Assembly: GCA_001687465.1 (NCBI GenBank)
Contig: LVLI01000588.1
Span: forward strand, 1 to 41,114
Reading direction: 5' to 3'
Source of the DNA: Halocafeteria seosinensis
Taxonomy: Eukaryota
DNA: 41,114 bases
The notes below the pieces were generated by a model. The model was not told the DNA's origin. It saw nothing but the letters and a program-made list of their open reading frames with translations, and did no database searches. Positions 38,044 through 41,114 of the stretch are shown in pieces. The position numbers and the translations under genes are program-made. Positions within the stretch are counted from its first letter, which is position 1. Every line of letters starts with the position of its first letter.

Positions 38044-38724
38044 GGATAACGACAGAGATATCTATCGATAACGATCCTCACTAACATCGGCGTAGAAATC
38101 TGATTTGAGGAGGACGACGGGCTATCTCTTCGATGAATTTCAGCTGTCGGACTATTTTATTATGGTTTGGATACACAGGTAATGTAGTATCCTCTTGCGA
38201 TTTAACCATTTCCATTGCACCGGTGTGATTATAGTCCTGCTGAAGACACTCTGGAATATCACAGTCAATTGTGATTCCTTCGTTGAAATACCCATCGATA
38301 AACGTTTGGGGTCGTATTGGAGAGATCTGTATAGTTCAGGTATGGTTGTCATTTCTTTTGTCTATACTATGGTACTACCTTAGGTTTTTTGTTTAAGTAG
38401 TTTTGTAGGAACATAGTATGCTTAAAACTTTTGGATGAACTAAAATACAGAGAGATATGCCAGCCCAATTTCTATCCCGCAAAGCAACGATGCTAACATT
38501 TCAAGTGACAGGTCAAGGAGGTCATAACGGGTCAACTTTAATGCCTAGTAGCACTTCACGGAGTGCAGGATGACTAAGTTAAAAATAAATCTTCCTGTAC
38601 TACCATACACGGCGCACGTCAGCAAGGCTGCAGGAACAGCGGGCCCGTCGATGCTTAACACGGGCGCATACCGCTCCTCGTTAAGAGGATGCGGTCAACT
38701 CCCCGGCCGATGAGCTATCATGAA

Positions 38725-39025
38725 AATCTACCAATCCCACGGCGTATCCATAACGAAGAGGCTACGGAGTCGGTAGACGAGACTCATCGGGAGTTTCCTG
38801 CACAGCATAATTCCCGATTTTGATTCTTCTCTGACCCTATTAGTGCGAGGGTATGCTACCCTAACGAAGGAACGTTGGCATCCTCTAGTTAATAATATAT
38901 TAAACTGCAGCTGGTGAGTTTAGTGGTGCATTCCCAAGCGGTTCCGTGACTTATTAGTCTACCAACCCCAAGGCATATCCATAACGAAGAGGCTACGGAG
39001 TCGGTGGACGAGGGTCACTCGGAAA
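38725..39025 (-). repeat. Diverged partial copies of the arm/SET segment
   Basis: CCATAACGAAGAGGCTACGGAGTCGGT occurs at ~38748 and ~38978; the minus strand reads LGVGRLISHGTAWECTTKL. Confidence 0.85.
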
Positions 39026-39089
39026 GCTTATTTCCCAACTACCAGGAATCGTCAGCTCAAATTCGGCCCTAAACGCTCTCTTGTTTGGT

Positions 39090-40066
39090 TGCTGAGAATT
39101 TCAAGGAATAATCGTCACACATCGAATGGAAGTATACCAATCCCACGGCATATTTCCCAAGCTTGATTCTTCTTGGATCCAATTGGTGCGACACTAACTT
39201 AGTAGCGTTGACACCCCCCCCCTGGGTGCGCACAAATACCGGTACTCTCTCTATATTCCCGATCCTCCAGGCTATCGAGACAATGGTATTCTGAACTGTA
39301 GTTTCTGAGCTTAGCGGTGCATTCCCAATCGGTTCCGTGATTTATTTATCTACCAACCCCAGGGTATGTCCATAATGAAGAGGCTACGGAGTCGGTGAGC
39401 GAGACTCACCCGGCATTCCCTGCCCCTAGGAATCGATAGCTCACATTCCATTGTATCTCCAAAGGATCCGTACTTACAATGAGGAAACGCTCTCTCCATT
39501 CGTTGGCTTCGGGTTGACCAACCTCGAAAGATTTAGGAAATTAAACCTGCCGAGTTTCTCCATATGCCGTTCTTCTTCTGCTCGCCTTCACATATCGCAA
39601 GTTCCAAATAGTTCAATAGTAGTTCCACATAGTTCCTGTATCTCTAACTTTAACAAAGATCCTCCAGACTCCCGGTGCTTCAGTTTGTACACCACTCCTC
39701 ATGGGCACTTCCCAACCTGGTCGACGAGTCACCCACCTTCTATGCAGTCGATTCACTTGTGCCGGCATACGTTCCCCTTCAACTCCAAATATTTCGTATG
39801 TAACAGAGATCCAACCCTCCATTCGCGCACTCCACCGGCCGAACCCGTCTGGCATATACCAAGGACGGTGTCTCATGAATACTAAAACTGTGTCCCAACA
39901 TTCTTCCTTCCATTCCCATTTCATGAATAAGGTGTCCTACGGAACATTACCCTATACAATTGATGAAACTGGCTGTAGCTGCAGCAGGTCTCCCGGGAAG
40001 GCGATCCGGGCTTGAAGCCCGGCCGAGCCCGGCCGGGGTGTCAACCCAGGTTAAAAAATCCGGTGT
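39090..40066 (-). repeat. Right arm of long inverted repeat, containing a second decayed SET gene (minus strand)
   Basis: Reverse complement of 32468-33430; minus-strand translation includes PGVGR*INHGTDWECTAKL. Confidence 0.92.
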
Positions 40067-40074
40067 CCGGTGGT

Positions 40075-40255
40075 GGTGTCAAAAAAAAAAAGATTGTTCG
40101 ATTTTGCAGGTCATGTCTCATCGACCTCGTGGACAGTCCAACATCACCTTGATGGTTTCTTTTTTGGGTTTCGTCTGGTGTGAAAAAAAAAGATTGTTCG
40201 ATTTTTTTGTAGGTCATGTCTCGCCGACCTCGTTGACAGTGCAATCATCACCTTC
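40075..40255 (+). repeat. Two-copy direct repeat (~75-bp units, ~100-bp period)
   Basis: GGTGT(C/G)A(n)GATTGTTCGATTTT..AGGTCATGTCTC..CGACCTCGT.GACAGT.CAA..TCACCTT twice. Confidence 0.85.
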
Positions 40256-40421
40256 ACGGCAACAAATAACGATGGAATGGACACATTATATTATATGATC
40301 CATCAGAGACAATCTATGTAATGGTAGTACAACCAGTACATGTATACGGAGGGGCAATGTACTGTAGAAGATAGCTCCACGTAAGCTCGAGAAGCGAGGC
40401 TCCAGAGTCAACATCGTTCGT

Positions 40422-40567
40422 GGCATGGCGAGAGGAAACGATATGGTTTGGGTAAGAAGAGCAACACGTGAGTGATACAAGGGAGCGATCTGTGCTGAGG
40501 CATGGCGAGAGGAGACAATATGGTTTGGGTGAGAAGAGCAACACGTGAGTGATACAAGGGAGCGATC
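40422..40567 (+). repeat. Two-copy tandem repeat, 77-bp period
   Basis: GGCATGGCGAGAGGA.AC.ATATGGTTTGGGT.AGAAGAGCAACACGTGAGTGATACAAGGGAGCGATC at 40422 and 40499. Confidence 0.9.
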
Positions 40568-40569
40568 GA

Positions 40570-41114
40570 GCGACAGCACGCATTCACAGTTTCTCGCATG
40601 GTTTCTCGGAGTCTTATTCGTTGCATCCGCAACCGTAACCGTGCCCAAAAACTGTTCGACAATGGTTTCTTCGTCACACCGGGTAGATTTGCACACGAAG
40701 CGAAACAACGATGGTATTGACGGTGAAGGTATGAAATCAAAGAAGAAGTAATAAGACGATTCATTCATTTTCGTAGGAACGCTGCGAGGTAGGTGTACAG
40801 TATTCGTTCTCCTGCACAGTTGATGTTACGTTGAAGTTCTTTCCAGACTTACAGTACTGTACGACGTCATCTTTCCGTCTTTCAGGAGCTAATTCAGAAC
40901 ACCAAATGCCCGACTTTAAATTTGGAAACAGAAGAAAGAGCAAGACATTCTGTGCTACAACATACATGTGTTATCTTGAATGGTTGAAGTGTTTTGCGGA
41001 CTCATGACGTCATCCACGGAGCAATACTTCGCGTATCGATACTTTTACGACCCGTTTACTACACTCTACCGACTCAGCTACTCCAGCGAAAGGAGTGTGG
41101 AACTTCTTCAATTC
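40570..41114 (-). pseudogene. Decayed hAT-superfamily transposase fragment (DUF4371/ZMYM1-like region)
   Basis: Ordered motifs LLRG*RHES, FNVTSTVQENE, NESSYYFFFD and LFRFV...IVEQFLGTVTVADAT resemble LRGHxE / YTSxxIQNE / YFSIxxD / RYV...IxExFLG...VxDTT; stops and frameshifts present. Confidence 0.5.

Larger units (their letters stand above)
32468..40066. mobile_element. ~7.6-kb composite unit bounded by long inverted repeats; no intact transposase or integrase seen
   Basis: Begins ACACCGGATTTTTTAACCTGGGTTGACACCCC and ends with its reverse complement; similarity extends ~960 bp inward. No target-site duplication found. Confidence 0.55.

Noticed and set aside
39310..39362. AFPIGSVIYLSTNP read as a phage tail-collar/baseplate motif
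   Set aside because: It is the antisense of the INHGT SET motif, and the opposite strand gives several ordered SET motifs.
32450..40085. Target-site duplication around the inverted-repeat unit
   Set aside because: Flanks (AAGCCGAAGGN versus CCGGTGGTGG) show no direct repeat, and an N at 32467 obscures the left junction.

Overview
Compact, intron-containing eukaryotic genomic DNA. Short GT-AG introns (~65-125 nt), a C4-pathway ALA synthase and a TTAGGG tract suggest a heterotrophic protist, possibly a stramenopile; this is inference. 1-2.5 kb: a 24-aa-repeat LRR gene with a frameshifted tail, followed by a possible Helitron remnant. 2.8-32.3 kb: a dense block of housekeeping genes: GCN1, LIN9, ATP11, HEATR3, a COMM-domain protein, MPC1, an NDUFC2/B14.5b-like gene apparently spliced in frame to a ~385-aa unknown domain, a GT41 O-GlcNAc-transferase-like gene, ALAS with CP motifs, and NOP9. 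32.5-40.1 kb: a ~7.6-kb unit bounded by ~960-bp inverted repeats that encode a decayed SET domain. It encloses about eight more SET-motif fragments, an interstitial telomere tract, a zinc-finger ORF and an AT-rich patch of scrambled virus-like structural gene fragments (penton-like, fibre-like, LamG+SASA). After 40.1 kb: short tandem repeats and a decayed hAT transposase. Exon boundaries were inferred by hand from splice motifs and frame continuity; family calls rest on motif recognition, not database searches.
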